From Candidatus Flavonifractor intestinipullorum (GTDB lineage: Bacteria > Bacillota > Clostridia > Oscillospirales > Oscillospiraceae), in assembly GCA_019118925.1 (NCBI GenBank), contig DWYC01000053.1:73557-137556 (forward strand): a DNA stretch of 64,000 bases. The letters are read 5' to 3'. Each line of letters starts with the position of its first letter. Position 1 is the stretch's first letter. The notes below the pieces were generated by a model. That model worked only from the letters and a program-made list of their open reading frames with translations, was not told the origin of the DNA and did no database searches. Shown here one piece after another: positions 45,832-58,656 of this stretch. A program made the translations under genes and the position numbers.

Positions 45832-47154
45832 ATGAATTCACCAGCCGATGTCTGGACGAAAATACTCTCCCTCATGGAGGCGGACATGACCGCCACCACC
45901 ATCAACACCTGGTTTGACGACGCCGAAGCCGTCTCTCTGGACGCCAACCGCTTTGTTCTCCACACCCCGTCAAATTTTAAGCGGGAGATTATCCGCTCCC
46001 GCTACGTCCCCGCCATTCAAAAAGCCCTCCACGAGCTTTTTTCCGCCGAGTTCGAGGTTGTCGTTCTGGGAGAAGGGGAACTGGAATCCTTCTCCAAAGC
46101 CAAACCGGTGGAGGACGGGACGTTTCTTCCGGGCACCGAGGAGTACACCTTTGAGCGCTTTGTCGTGGGTTCATCCAACAAATTCGCCCACGCCGCCGCC
46201 CTGGCCGTGGCCGAAAATCCGGCGCACAGCTATAACCCGCTTTTCATCTACGGCGAGTCCGGCCTGGGCAAAACCCACCTTCTCTACGCCATCGCCCACC
46301 GCATCCATGCCAACCACCCCGACTACCGGGTCGTCTACCTGAAGGGAGACACCTTCACCAACGAGCTCATCCAGGCCATCCGGGAGGGCCGGAATGAGGA
46401 ATTCCGGGAAAAATACCGCTCGGCGGACGTCTTTCTCATGGACGACGTGCAGTTTATCGCCGGACGGGAGTCCACCCAGGAGGAAATGTTCCACACCTTC
46501 AACACCCTCTACGAGGCGGGACGCCAAATCGTCTTTACCGCCGACCGCCCGCCAAAGGAGATGCTCCGCCTGGACGACCGGCTGCGCACCCGGTTTGAGT
46601 GGGGCCTCCCCGTGGACATCCAGCCCCCCGACTATGAAACCCGGGTGGCCATCATCAAAAACAAGGCCATCCGCCGGGGCATGAACCTGCCCGAGCCGGT
46701 CCTCCAGTACATTGCCGACAACATCACCTCCAACGTCCGGCAGATCGAGGGGACCGTCAATAAAATTCTGGCCTTCCAGGAACTGATGGGCGAGAGCGTG
46801 GACGTGGACACCGTCATCCGGGCCGTCCAGGACATGTGCAAAGACAAAGCCGACTTTCTGCCCTCGCCCGACGTCATCATCGAAGAGGTCTGCAAGTTCT
46901 ACAACATCGACAACGACGCCCTCCGGGGACAGGGCCGCACCAAAGATACCGCCCTCGCCCGGCAGATCGCCATGTACCAAATCCGCCGGATGACCAACCT
47001 CTCTCTGAAAGAGATCGGCAAGGAATTCGACAACCGGGACCACACCACCGTCATGCACTCCATCGACCGTGTGGAAAAACTCATGAAAACCAACCCGGAA
47101 ATTTCCGAGATCATCAAGGACCTCAACGCCAACATCAACGCCCGCTACGACTAA
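45832..47154 (+). CDS. dnaA: Chromosomal replication initiator
   Basis: YTFERFVVG, YNPLFIYGESGLGKTHL and RDHTTVMHS. Confidence 0.99.
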   Translation: MNSPADVWTKILSLMEADMTATTINTWFDDAEAVSLDANRFVLHTPSNFKREIIRSRYVPAIQKALHELFSAEFEVVVLGEGELESFSKAKPVEDGTFLPGTEEYTFERFVVGSSNKFAHAAALAVAENPAHSYNPLFIYGESGLGKTHLLYAIAHRIHANHPDYRVVYLKGDTFTNELIQAIREGRNEEFREKYRSADVFLMDDVQFIAGRESTQEEMFHTFNTLYEAGRQIVFTADRPPKEMLRLDDRLRTRFEWGLPVDIQPPDYETRVAIIKNKAIRRGMNLPEPVLQYIADNITSNVRQIEGTVNKILAFQELMGESVDVDTVIRAVQDMCKDKADFLPSPDVIIEEVCKFYNIDNDALRGQGRTKDTALARQIAMYQIRRMTNLSLKEIGKEFDNRDHTTVMHSIDRVEKLMKTNPEISEIIKDLNANINARYD

Positions 47155-47159
47155 CGCTC

Positions 47160-47410
47160 CCCAAAATTCAGCCCCCGCGTGGAAAAACAAAAAAGAGAGC
47201 TCCCAACACTCTCCACATTTCCACCACAAAATGGGGAAATGTGGAGAAAACACCGTGGAAAACCACCCTTTTTCTCCCGCCCTGTCAAATCCGCGTGAAA
47301 AACTGCGAATGTTATCCACGCCCCCTGTGGACGCGCAAACACAGCCGTCCCAACCGGTTTCTCCACTTTTCCACAATATTTTCCCCTACGGCTATTACTA
47401 CTAAATTTTA
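47160..47410. other. oriC part 2: DnaA boxes and DnaA-trios (unwinding region)
   Basis: Many TT(T/C/A)TCCAC-type boxes, TTTTCCACA at 47367, then CTA-TTA-CTA-CTA at 47392-47403 and an AT-rich stretch, between dnaA and dnaN. Confidence 0.88.
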
Positions 47411-47467
47411 TCCTCTCCTTTTCTCCCCATCGGAGGTCAGGAGCACCCAAACGGAGGAATTCAAACC

Positions 47468-48580
47468 ATGAAATTTTCCTGCGAAAAAGCCCTTCTCCAA
47501 AATGCTATCAATACCACCTCCCGCGCTGTGTCTCCAAAAAGCGCCATCCCAGCTCTGGAAGGTATCCTGCTGGAGGCCGACCACGAACTGCGCCTGACCG
47601 GCTACAATCTGGAGACCGGCATCCGCACCACCGTCCCCGCCGAAATCAAAACCCCCGGCACCCTTATTCTCGGCGCCCGCCTCTTCGGCGAAATCATCCG
47701 CAAACTCCCCGACGACATCGTCGTCTTTACCGCCGAACACTACATGGTCAACATCAAATGCGGCCTGAGCGAATTCAACATTCTGGGCACCGACCCCGAA
47801 GAATTCCCCGAGCTCCCTTCGGTGGAATACCAGAATTCCCTCCAGATTCCACAGGAAAAGCTCAAATCCATGATCGCTCAGACCATTTTTGCCGTCAGCG
47901 ACAACGAAACCCGCCCCATTCACACCGGCGCTCTCTTTGAACTGGAGGACAAAGAGCTCACGATGGTAGCGGTGGACGGCTACCGTCTGGCCCTCCGGCG
48001 GGAGTCCGTTCTGGAAAAAACAGGAGAGGCATCGTTCTCCTTTGTAGTCCCCGGCGCCGCCCTCAACGAGGTGGAAAAAATCTGCGCCCCCACCGAGGAA
48101 CCGGTCACTGTGGCCCAGGGCGCCCGGCACATCCAGTTCAAAGTTGGAAATACCATCCTGGTCTCCCGGCGGCTGGAAGGCGAATTCCTGGCCTGGCGGC
48201 AGGCCATCCCCCGCAACAACTCCATCCAGGTCCAGGGTGAGACCAAGGCGCTCCTCGCCGCCATCGACCGGGTGTCCCTCATCATCAGTGATAAACTGAA
48301 AAGCCCTCTCCGCTGTATTTTTGACGACAATATGCTGAAAATCAGCACAAAAACCGCCATTGGAGACGCCTCCGACCAGTGTCCCATCCAGGGTAGCGGC
48401 AACGGCCTGGAGATCGGCTTCAACAACAAATATCTCATGGACGCCCTCAAGGCCGCCCCGGCGGAGCGGGTACAGCTGGAGCTCACCACCGGCGTATCCC
48501 CCTGCGTGATTCTGCCGGCGGAGGGGGAGGAAAATTTCCTCTATATGGTTCTTCCGGTGCGGCTGAAAGCGGGCGAGTAA
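47468..48580 (+). CDS. dnaN: DNA polymerase III beta clamp
   Basis: [24 protein letters not shown] and LPVR. Confidence 0.98.
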   Translation: MKFSCEKALLQNAINTTSRAVSPKSAIPALEGILLEADHELRLTGYNLETGIRTTVPAEIKTPGTLILGARLFGEIIRKLPDDIVVFTAEHYMVNIKCGLSEFNILGTDPEEFPELPSVEYQNSLQIPQEKLKSMIAQTIFAVSDNETRPIHTGALFELEDKELTMVAVDGYRLALRRESVLEKTGEASFSFVVPGAALNEVEKICAPTEEPVTVAQGARHIQFKVGNTILVSRRLEGEFLAWRQAIPRNNSIQVQGETKALLAAIDRVSLIISDKLKSPLRCIFDDNMLKISTKTAIGDASDQCPIQGSGNGLEIGFNNKYLMDALKAAPAERVQLELTTGVSPCVILPAEGEENFLYMVLPVRLKAGE

Positions 48581-48636
48581 TCCCTTGCAAGTCGATACAG
48601 GGAAATGCATGGGCTTGCAGGAAAGGAAGGACAATC

Positions 48637-48843
48637 ATGCAAGAGATCCGTATTACCACGGAATTCATTAAATTGGAGGCGTTCTTGAAGCTGGCCGGGG
48701 CCGTTTCCACCGGCGGAGAGGCCAAAAACCGCATTCAGGACGGCCAGGTGAAAGTCAACGGGGAGACCTGCACCATGCGGGGCAAGAAACTCCGCCCCGG
48801 CGACCAGGTGGAGCTGGCCGGATACACGCTGCGGGTCCTATGA
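48637..48843 (+). CDS. yaaA: S4-domain RNA-binding protein (YaaA family)
   Basis: [27 protein letters not shown]; lies between dnaN and recF. Confidence 0.92.
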   Translation: MQEIRITTEFIKLEAFLKLAGAVSTGGEAKNRIQDGQVKVNGETCTMRGKKLRPGDQVELAGYTLRVL

Positions 48844-49946
48844 GGGTAGAGCGGCTGGAGCTGGAGGGCTTTCGGAACTACGCTGCGCTTCAGGCCCAAT
48901 TCTCCCCCGGCGTCAACGTGATTTACGGGGAAAATGCCCAGGGAAAGACCAACCTATTGGAGGCGGTGGAGTACCTCTCAGGGGCCCGGACCCACCGGAC
49001 CCGGGCCGACCGGGAGCTCATCGGCTTCGGACGGCAGGAAGCTCTCCTGCGCGGCCAGGTAGAGAGCCGGTCCAGGACCTTCCAGGTGGAGGTTCAGCTC
49101 TTCCGGGGCCGGCGGCGGCGGGTGAGCGCCAACGGCGTGCGCCTCAAGACGGCGGGGGAGCTCTCAGAACTGCTGCACACGGTGCTCTTCTGCCCGGAGG
49201 ATCTGCTCCTCATCCGGGCGGGCAGCGCGGAGCGGCGGCGGTTTTTGGACGCCTCCCTGTGTCAGCTCCGCCCCCGGTACGCCGCCGCTCTGGCCGAGTA
49301 TAACCGCCTGCTGGAGCACAAGACCCGCATTCTGCGGGACTGGGAGGAAAAGCCCTCGCTGCTGGACCTGCTGCCTGAGTTCAACGACCGCATGGCCCGG
49401 TGCGGGGCGGTTCTCATTCACTACCGGGCGTTTTACGTTCAGAAGCTGGCCGGACGGGCCTGCGCAATTCACGCCGATTTTTCCGGCGCACGGGAGGAGA
49501 TGCGCCTCACCTACCGGACGGTCAGCGCCATTGCGGACCCTCTCCAGCCCAGCGCGGCCCTCTATCCGCTGCTGCTGGAACACCAGGAATCCCACCGCCG
49601 GGCGGAACTGGAGAGCCGCCAGTGTCTCTCCGGCCCCCACAAGGACGACCTCTTGGTGGAGATCGACGGCCGCAGCGCCAAACAGTTTGCCTCCCAGGGA
49701 CAGACCCGCACGTCGGCCCTCTCGCTGAAGCTGGCCGAACGGGAGCTTCACCGGGATGATTTGGGGGAGTGGCCGGTGCTGCTGCTGGACGATGTGCTCT
49801 CCGAGCTGGACCGGCGGAGGCGGGACTTCGTCCTCCGGCGGATTGAGGGGGGGCAGGTGTTTATTACCTGCTGTGAGGAGGACGGCCTGGAGGGCCTGGA
49901 GGAAGGGGCGGCCTTCCACATCCGGGGCGGCGCTCTGGCGGAGTGA
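48840..49946 (+). CDS. recF: DNA replication/repair protein RecF
   Basis: [27 protein letters not shown] and [11 protein letters not shown]. Confidence 0.98.
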   Translation: MRVERLELEGFRNYAALQAQFSPGVNVIYGENAQGKTNLLEAVEYLSGARTHRTRADRELIGFGRQEALLRGQVESRSRTFQVEVQLFRGRRRRVSANGVRLKTAGELSELLHTVLFCPEDLLLIRAGSAERRRFLDASLCQLRPRYAAALAEYNRLLEHKTRILRDWEEKPSLLDLLPEFNDRMARCGAVLIHYRAFYVQKLAGRACAIHADFSGAREEMRLTYRTVSAIADPLQPSAALYPLLLEHQESHRRAELESRQCLSGPHKDDLLVEIDGRSAKQFASQGQTRTSALSLKLAERELHRDDLGEWPVLLLDDVLSELDRRRRDFVLRRIEGGQVFITCCEEDGLEGLEEGAAFHIRGGALAE

Positions 49947-49959
49947 GAAAGGAACGGAT

Positions 49960-50298
49960 ATGGTCATCGTACTCTTATTTACGCTCTTCCCGCTGGTTCT
50001 GGGACTGGTGCTGGAATACGCGGCCTTCCGCCTGACCATGGGGGAGACGGGGCGGCACTGGCGGGCCCGCCGGCTGCTGCGGCTGGTTCCGCCCCTGGGG
50101 GCGGTGCTGCTCATCGCGGTGGTCGCGGTGAGCCGGTGGCAGATCTGGCAGAATCAGGAGGTGTCCCCTCTGACGCAGATCCTGCTGATCCCCGGCGTAC
50201 CGGGGCTGTTCGGCCTGCTGGGCCTGCTGCTGGGCTGGCGGCTTTGGCGCCGCCGCTGGAGCCCCAGAGTGATTCAAAGGGAGAAAAGGGGGAGCTAG
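49960..50298 (+). CDS. Hypothetical small membrane protein (3 TM)
   Basis: AAAGGA RBS, ATG 49960, three hydrophobic segments; fills the recF-remB gap. Confidence 0.7.
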   Translation: MVIVLLFTLFPLVLGLVLEYAAFRLTMGETGRHWRARRLLRLVPPLGAVLLIAVVAVSRWQIWQNQEVSPLTQILLIPGVPGLFGLLGLLLGWRLWRRRWSPRVIQREKRGS

Positions 50299-50301
50299 TC
50301 C

Positions 50302-50562
50302 GTGTATCTGCACCTTGGTCAGTCGGTGGTGGTCCCGTTCCGGGATGTCATCGGCATCTTTGATCTGGATAATACCACGTCGTCCCACCGGACCCGGGCC
50401 TTCCTCTCCCGGGCCGAGCGGGAAGGGGAGCTGGTGGACGTCTCTATGGACGTGCCCAAATCCTTTGTCCTCTGCCGGTCCGAGCTGGGCACCATGGTCT
50501 ATCTCTCCCAGCTCTCCCCGGCCACGCTGCTGCGCCGGGCGGAGAGCAATCAGTTTGAATAG
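50302..50562 (+). CDS. remB: RemB / DUF370 family protein
   Basis: MYLHLG..VIGIFD..PKSFV..VYLSQLSPATL; conserved position before gyrB. Confidence 0.88.
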   Translation: MYLHLGQSVVVPFRDVIGIFDLDNTTSSHRTRAFLSRAEREGELVDVSMDVPKSFVLCRSELGTMVYLSQLSPATLLRRAESNQFE

Positions 50563-50617
50563 CGCTATGAAAAAGGGGAGAAACGGGGAGAATTTTTTAT
50601 GAAACGCATCGATCTGA

Positions 50618-52762
<2,145 letters not shown>

Positions 52763-52775
52763 GGAGGGAATGGAA

Positions 52776-55298
52776 ATGGCAAAGAATGAGAAGGAGATCC
52801 AGGACATTTCCTTTCCCGATCAGAAGATCGTGGAGATCAACCTGGAGCATGAGATGCAGACGGCCTACATTGAGTATGCCATGAGCGTCATCGTGGGCCG
52901 GGCCCTGCCCGATGTGCGGGACGGCCTGAAGCCGGTCCACCGCCGCATTCTGTACTCCATGTACGAGAGTGGCCTGACCAGCGACAAGCCCTTTAAAAAG
53001 TCGGCCACCTGCGTGGGCGACGTGCTGGGCAAATACCATCCCCACGGCGACCAGAGCGTCTACGACGCCCTGGTCCGCCTGGCGCAGGACTTTTCCATGC
53101 GCTATCCGCTGGTGGACGGGCACGGAAACTTCGGCTCGGTGGACGGCGATCCCCCGGCCGCCTACCGTTATACCGAGGCCCGCATGTCCAAAATCGCCAA
53201 CGAGATGCTCCGGGACATCGAAAAGGACACGGTGGACTGGGACCCCAACTTTGACGAGTCCCTGAAAGAGCCCCGGGTGCTGCCCAGCCGCTTCCCCAAT
53301 CTCCTGGTGAACGGCTCCAGCGGCATCGCCGTGGGCATGACCACCAATATCCCGCCCCACAACCTGCGGGAGGTCATCGATGCGGCGATCTGCGTCCTGG
53401 ATAACCCGGAAGCCACGCTGGACGACCTGATGGAGCACATCAAGGGACCCGACTTCCCCACGCGGGGGGTGATCATGGGCCGCAGCGGCATCCGGGCGGC
53501 CTATGCCACCGGCAAGGGACACATCCGCGTCCGGGCCCGCACCGAGATGGAGGAGTTCGGCAACAACCGCACCCGCATCATTGTCACCGAGCTGCCCTAT
53601 CAGGTCAACAAGTCCCGTCTGGTGGAGAACATCGCCGAGCAGGTCCACGACAAGCGTCTGGAGGGCATCTCCGGCCTGCGGGACGAGTCCGACGGCAAGA
53701 AGGGGATGCGCATCGTCATCGAGCTCAAGAAGGACGCCAACCCCCAGGTGGTCCTCAACCGGCTCTTTGCCCAGACCCAGATGCAGACCACCTTTGGAAT
53801 TATCATGCTGGCCCTGGTGAACAACCAGAAGCAGCCGAAGGTGCTCACCCTGCGCCAGATTCTGGATGAGTACATCGCGTTCCAGGAAGAAGTGCTCACC
53901 CGGCGCACCCGCTACGACCTGAAAAAAGCCCAGGAGCGGGCCCACATTTTGCAGGGCCTGCTCATTGCCCAGGACCACATTGACGAGGTCATTCGGATTA
54001 TCCGCTCTAGCTACGACAACGCCCAGGAGCGGCTGATGGAGCGCTTTGAACTGGATGAAGTGCAGGCCAAGGCCATCTGTGAGATGCGCCTGATCGCCCT
54101 CCAGGGCCTCAACCGGGAGAAGCTGGAGGCCGAGTACCGGGAGCTCATGGAGAAGGTGGCCTATTATCAGCGCCTGCTCTCCGATGAGAAGATGCTCCGG
54201 GGGGTGCTCAAGGAGGAACTCACCGAAATCCGGGACAAGTACGGCGACGAGCGCAAGACGGAGATCGGCTTTGTGGAGGACGACCTGGACATCGAGGACC
54301 TGATTGAGGAAGAGGAGTGCGTCTTTACCCTCACCGCCGCGGGATACATCAAGCGCCTGCCCGCCTCCACCTACCGGGCCCAGCGCCGGGGCGGAAAGGG
54401 CGTCTCCGCCCAGAGTCTGAAGGAAGAGGACTACGTCGAGACGGTGTTCACCGCCTCGACCCACGACTATATTCTCTTCTTCACCAACAAGGGACGGGTG
54501 CACCGGAAGAAGGGCTATCAGATTCCCGAGGCCGGCCGGGCCGCCAAGGGCACCAACATCGTCAACGTCCTGCCGGTGGAGGCGGGGGAGAAGGTCACCG
54601 CCATGATCCACCTGCGGGAGTTCCCGGAGGACCGGTATCTGGTCATGGTCACCCGAAACGGTACGGTGAAGCGGCTCCAGCTCTCCTCCATCAACACGGC
54701 GCGCAAGGCGGGCATCCGCTGCATCACCCTGGATGAGGGGGACGAGCTCATCGCCGTGCGGGAGACCGACGGGGAGCAGGCCATCCTCATCGTCACGCAC
54801 GAGGGCATGGCCATCTGTTTCAAGGAGACCGACGTGCGCTGCATGGGCCGGGACGCCTACGGCGTGCGGGGCATCAAGCTGCGCAGCGGCGATTATGTGG
54901 TGGGCGCCGCCCGGGCCAAACGGAACCATCAGGTGCTCATGATTACGGAGAACGGCTATGGCAAACGCACCGATATGGACGAGTATATCCGCGCCGACGG
55001 CCCGCAGAACCGGGGCGGCTACGGCCTGAAGGGCTACCAGGTCACGGAAAAGACCGGACTTGTGGCCGGCGTCAAGGTTGTGGATGAAAACGACGATATT
55101 CTGATTATCTCGGACGACGGCACCATTATCCGTACCCATGCGGCCGGCATCAACGTCTATTCCCGCACCGCTCAGGGCGTGAAGGTCATGAACCTGAACG
55201 AGGGCGTGAAGGTCATTTCCATCGCCCGCACGGAGCACGAGGAGGAAGAGGAAGCGGGGGAGAGCGCTGAGGAGCCCCACAATCCGCAGGAGAGTTAA
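52776..55298 (+). CDS. gyrA: DNA gyrase subunit A
   Basis: [30 protein letters not shown] and GyrA-box QRRGGKG. Confidence 0.98.
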   Translation: MAKNEKEIQDISFPDQKIVEINLEHEMQTAYIEYAMSVIVGRALPDVRDGLKPVHRRILYSMYESGLTSDKPFKKSATCVGDVLGKYHPHGDQSVYDALVRLAQDFSMRYPLVDGHGNFGSVDGDPPAAYRYTEARMSKIANEMLRDIEKDTVDWDPNFDESLKEPRVLPSRFPNLLVNGSSGIAVGMTTNIPPHNLREVIDAAICVLDNPEATLDDLMEHIKGPDFPTRGVIMGRSGIRAAYATGKGHIRVRARTEMEEFGNNRTRIIVTELPYQVNKSRLVENIAEQVHDKRLEGISGLRDESDGKKGMRIVIELKKDANPQVVLNRLFAQTQMQTTFGIIMLALVNNQKQPKVLTLRQILDEYIAFQEEVLTRRTRYDLKKAQERAHILQGLLIAQDHIDEVIRIIRSSYDNAQERLMERFELDEVQAKAICEMRLIALQGLNREKLEAEYRELMEKVAYYQRLLSDEKMLRGVLKEELTEIRDKYGDERKTEIGFVEDDLDIEDLIEEEECVFTLTAAGYIKRLPASTYRAQRRGGKGVSAQSLKEEDYVETVFTASTHDYILFFTNKGRVHRKKGYQIPEAGRAAKGTNIVNVLPVEAGEKVTAMIHLREFPEDRYLVMVTRNGTVKRLQLSSINTARKAGIRCITLDEGDELIAVRETDGEQAILIVTHEGMAICFKETDVRCMGRDAYGVRGIKLRSGDYVVGAARAKRNHQVLMITENGYGKRTDMDEYIRADGPQNRGGYGLKGYQVTEKTGLVAGVKVVDENDDILIISDDGTIIRTHAAGINVYSRTAQGVKVMNLNEGVKVISIARTEHEEEEEAGESAEEPHNPQES

Positions 55299-55416
55299 GG
55301 GCGTAACCGGAGAACGCGTGTGACCTGCCGGGCCGGCAAGAGCGGCTCCATGATGGAAGGCGCGGTGGACGTCCTCTTTGGGGCTCCCGGCCATCCGCGC
55401 CGAAAGGAGCTGTACG

Positions 55417-55752
55417 GTGAAGAATGGGAGAACGAGCAAGGTTCTGACCAGAGTCAGCGTCCTGCTGCTGGCGGTGTGTCTGCTTCACCTGTGCGGAGGG
55501 GTCCTGTGTACCTGGTATATCCACAGCATAGAAGAGGAGCGGGACGCCCTCCGGGCCCTTTTGTGGGCCCAACCCACCGAGGAGGTCCTTTTGCGTCTGG
55601 AGCGGGCGGAACAGATGCTGGGAAGCCGTGTGTACAACCGGCAGGCCAGATGCTTTGTTATCGCCGGGGCGGCCGGCTTCGCCCTCCTGTGCGTACAGAT
55701 CGAGCGATTCAAGGGTCGGCTGTATGGAGGGGAAAAACGGCCCCAAAAATGA
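55417..55752 (+). CDS. Hypothetical 2-TM protein
   Basis: AAAGGAG RBS with GTG 55417; two hydrophobic segments. Confidence 0.55.
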   Translation: MKNGRTSKVLTRVSVLLLAVCLLHLCGGVLCTWYIHSIEEERDALRALLWAQPTEEVLLRLERAEQMLGSRVYNRQARCFVIAGAAGFALLCVQIERFKGRLYGGEKRPQK

Positions 55753-55781
55753 GAGTAGCGGCATATATATAAGAGGTGACC

Positions 55782-56222
55782 ATGAAAACCGTAACCATTT
55801 ATACCGACGGCGCCTGTTCGGGGAATCCAGGCCCCGGGGGGTGGGGAGCGATTCTGCTCTACGGCCCCCACCGGAAGGAGCTCTCCGGCGGAGAGGGACA
55901 CACCACCAACAACCGCATGGAGCTCACGGGAGTCATCACCGCGCTGGAGGCGCTGAAGGAGCCCTGCGAGGTGGAACTCTACTCCGACTCCAAATACGTC
56001 ATCGACGCCCTGCAGAAGGGCTGGGCCAGGAGCTGGCGGGCCCGCGGCTGGGTGAAGGCGGATAAAAAGCCCGCCCTGAATCCGGACCTCTGGGCGCGGC
56101 TGCTGGAGCTGTGCGAGTACCACAGGGTCAATCTCCACTGGGTCAAGGGCCACGCGGAGAACCCCTATAACAACCGCTGCGACGAGCTGGCGGTGGCCGA
56201 GAGCAAAAAATACAGAGAATAA
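55782..56222 (+). CDS. rnhA: Ribonuclease HI
   Basis: [32 protein letters not shown] and NNRCDELA. Confidence 0.97.
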   Translation: MKTVTIYTDGACSGNPGPGGWGAILLYGPHRKELSGGEGHTTNNRMELTGVITALEALKEPCEVELYSDSKYVIDALQKGWARSWRARGWVKADKKPALNPDLWARLLELCEYHRVNLHWVKGHAENPYNNRCDELAVAESKKYRE

Positions 56223-56225
56223 CCG

Positions 56226-56264
56226 GGCGCCGGGGGACAAGTTTCGTCCTCCGGCGCTTTTTTT
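56226..56264 (+). terminator. Terminator after rnhA
   Basis: GCGCCGG..CCGGCGC followed by T7. Confidence 0.7.
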
Positions 56265-56356
56265 GCTGAGTCTTAAAAATTTTTCTTCCTGTGAAAGATT
56301 TCTGCGCTGTGAATCGTATCCAAGGTGAAAGCGCTTTTGAATTCCGAGGAAAGGAT

Positions 56357-56854
56357 GTGGTTCCCACGGAACGGACATGGGACCGGACCGAGGTGGAGCG
56401 GCTGGTGGAGACCTACTCCGACCTGATTCTGCGCCTGAGCTACTCCTATTTGAAGAGCACCGAGGACGCCAAGGACATCTGCCAGACGGTCTTTTTGAAG
56501 CTGCTGGAGAAGCCCAGGACCTTTGCCTCTCCGGAGCACGAGCGGGCCTGGATCATCCGCACGGCGGCCAACATCTGTAAAGATGTGCTCAAGAGCCATT
56601 GGCGCAGGACCACGGTGGACATGGATGCGGCGGGGGACGTTCCCGCCCCCCAGGCGGAGGAGGGGAGCCTTCTCGCGGCGGTGGGGCTGCTGCCGCCCAA
56701 ATACCGGGCGGTCATCTATCTCTATTACTACGAGGGCTACGCCGCCAAGGAGATCGCCCAGATGCTGGGAGAAAACCCGGCCACCGTCTCCACCCGCCTC
56801 AACCGCGGGCGGGCTAAGCTGAAAACGATGCTGGAAAGCGAGGGAATGGCATGA
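56357..56854 (+). CDS. ECF RNA polymerase sigma factor
   Basis: DAKDICQTVF, AWIIRTAANICKD, LPPKYRAVIYLYYYEG..EIA..RLNRGR; start uncertain. Confidence 0.9.
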   Translation: MVPTERTWDRTEVERLVETYSDLILRLSYSYLKSTEDAKDICQTVFLKLLEKPRTFASPEHERAWIIRTAANICKDVLKSHWRRTTVDMDAAGDVPAPQAEEGSLLAAVGLLPPKYRAVIYLYYYEGYAAKEIAQMLGENPATVSTRLNRGRAKLKTMLESEGMA

Positions 56855-57930
56855 ATCACTATCGCAAGAGCATGGATGCGCTCCGTTTCACACCGGAGCA
56901 GAAACGGGATATGGTGGAAGAGCTCCTATCGGCCGGAACGGCCCGCCGCCGGAAGACGATCCCCATGCGGAGAATTCTGTCGGTGGCCGCGGCTGCGGCC
57001 CTGGTGGCGGCCATGGGCGTGGGCGCCGGGGCCTCCGGGGTACTCCGCAGCGCCGGGGATGTGTTCGCCGGCGTCTTTGGCGGAACGCCCGCCCAGACCG
57101 AGATCATCGACCGGATCGGCTACCCCATTGGGGCCAGCGCCAGCGCCGACGGCATTACCATCACCGCCGACGCCATCGTGGGGGACACCTACAGCTATGC
57201 CATTATTTACACCGTGGCCCGGGACGACGGAAAGCCTCTGGCCGAGAATCTGGAGCCCAACGAAAACGGCCTGCTGCCCCTCAACTTCAGTCAGGGCGGG
57301 GCCAGCGTGTTCCACCTGGGCGGGATGCACGGGGGGACGTACTTCTTTGACGCCGACCCCAGCGACAACGCCGTGCAGTATGTGGAGCAGATGAGCGCCG
57401 ACTCGCCCCTGAAGGCGGGCACTGCCCGGGCGACCTTCCGGGATTTGAACGTGTGGACAACGGGGGACGATATGGACCAAAAGACCACCCTCGCGGCGGG
57501 CCCCTGGCGGCTGAAGTTCGACTTCGCCTTCGAGGACGCCACGGTGAGCCTGCCCGCCGGGCAGACCTTCACCCTCAACGGCATGGAGGCCACGGTGGAC
57601 GCGGTCCTGCTCTCCCCGCTCTCCTTCCATGTGACCTACACCGTGCAGGAGGAGCTGGAGTGGAGCGCCTCCCGCGACAAGAGCGAGGAGACCGGGCAGA
57701 TGAACGCCCACGACAAGGAACAGACCCGCCTCTATTTCGAATCTCTGCCCCTGTCCCTCCAGATGAAGGACGGGAGCACCCTGGAGCTGAGCAATGCGGG
57801 CGGCAGCATAGATCCCCAGGAGGGCAAGACGGTCTGTCAGAAGAGCAATGTGTTCTCCTCCATCCTGGACTTGAGCCAGGTGGAGAGCATGACCGTGGGG
57901 GACGTTACCATCCCCGTCGATGTGAAATAA
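56851..57930 (+). CDS. Probable anti-sigma factor (DUF4179-like)
   Basis: ATGA-coupled to the ECF sigma; short N-terminus, one TM, extracellular domain (DGITIT..IVGD). Confidence 0.75.
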   Translation: MNHYRKSMDALRFTPEQKRDMVEELLSAGTARRRKTIPMRRILSVAAAAALVAAMGVGAGASGVLRSAGDVFAGVFGGTPAQTEIIDRIGYPIGASASADGITITADAIVGDTYSYAIIYTVARDDGKPLAENLEPNENGLLPLNFSQGGASVFHLGGMHGGTYFFDADPSDNAVQYVEQMSADSPLKAGTARATFRDLNVWTTGDDMDQKTTLAAGPWRLKFDFAFEDATVSLPAGQTFTLNGMEATVDAVLLSPLSFHVTYTVQEELEWSASRDKSEETGQMNAHDKEQTRLYFESLPLSLQMKDGSTLELSNAGGSIDPQEGKTVCQKSNVFSSILDLSQVESMTVGDVTIPVDVK

Positions 57931-57944
57931 GGGAAATAAGCGGG

Positions 57945-57992
57945 AAAAGCCCCCGGCCGGACCGGAACGAACGGTCTGCCCGGGGGCTTTTT
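57945..57992. terminator. Bidirectional terminator
   Basis: AAAAGCCCCCGG..CCGGGGGCTTTTT between convergent genes. Confidence 0.75.
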
Positions 57993-58654
57993 CAGGAATC
58001 ACGGACCACGAGTCCCAGCCGCTTGGCCAGTTCAGAGGCCTGCCAGCGGTCCACAACGGCCCCCTGGAGCTCGCTCCCCGCCTGAGAGAGCACCAACCCG
58101 TCCAGGCAGCAGGAGGTCAGGTCGACCCCGGACAGGGGGGTCTGAAAGAGGCGCGCGCCGGTGAGATCGCAGTTCTCCAGGGCCACGCGGTGCCAGCGGG
58201 AGGAGGAGAAGTCGGCCCGGCTCAGAGCGCAGTCCTTCCAGAGGGCGTACTTCACCCGCTGGCCTGCGCAGTTGGCGTCCGAGAGCTTGCAGCCCAAGAA
58301 CTGGACGTGCTGAAAGCCGCACCGGCTCAGTCCGGCGCCCAGAGCCCGGCAGTCCTCCAGAAGGACCCGGTCCCACATCCCCTCGGAAAAGCGGCTCCCC
58401 GAGAGGTCGCAGTTTTGAAAGACCACGTCGCTCAGTTCCCAGCGGGAACACTCGCACTCCAGCAGGCGGCAGCTCTGGAAGCGGACGCCCTCCAAGGCCC
58501 ATCCGGACAGATCGGCGCCCACAAGAACGGCGTGCTCCACCAGGGCGGCGGAGAGGGGTTCCTCCTCCCAGCGGAGGGCGGCGGCTCGGGCGGCAAAGTC
58601 GCCCACCGGCTCCAGTCCGGCGGGAAGTTTGGGGGAGAGCAGTTTTACAGCCAT
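57992..58654 (-). CDS. Pentapeptide repeat protein (Qnr/MfpA-like fold)
   Basis: Tandem ADLSG/CDLSG/ADFSS/CDLTG/VDLTS units; start at MAVKLL (ATG 58654). Confidence 0.88.
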   Translation of the reverse strand: MAVKLLSPKLPAGLEPVGDFAARAAALRWEEEPLSAALVEHAVLVGADLSGWALEGVRFQSCRLLECECSRWELSDVVFQNCDLSGSRFSEGMWDRVLLEDCRALGAGLSRCGFQHVQFLGCKLSDANCAGQRVKYALWKDCALSRADFSSSRWHRVALENCDLTGARLFQTPLSGVDLTSCCLDGLVLSQAGSELQGAVVDRWQASELAKRLGLVVRDS

Positions 58655-58656
58655 TG

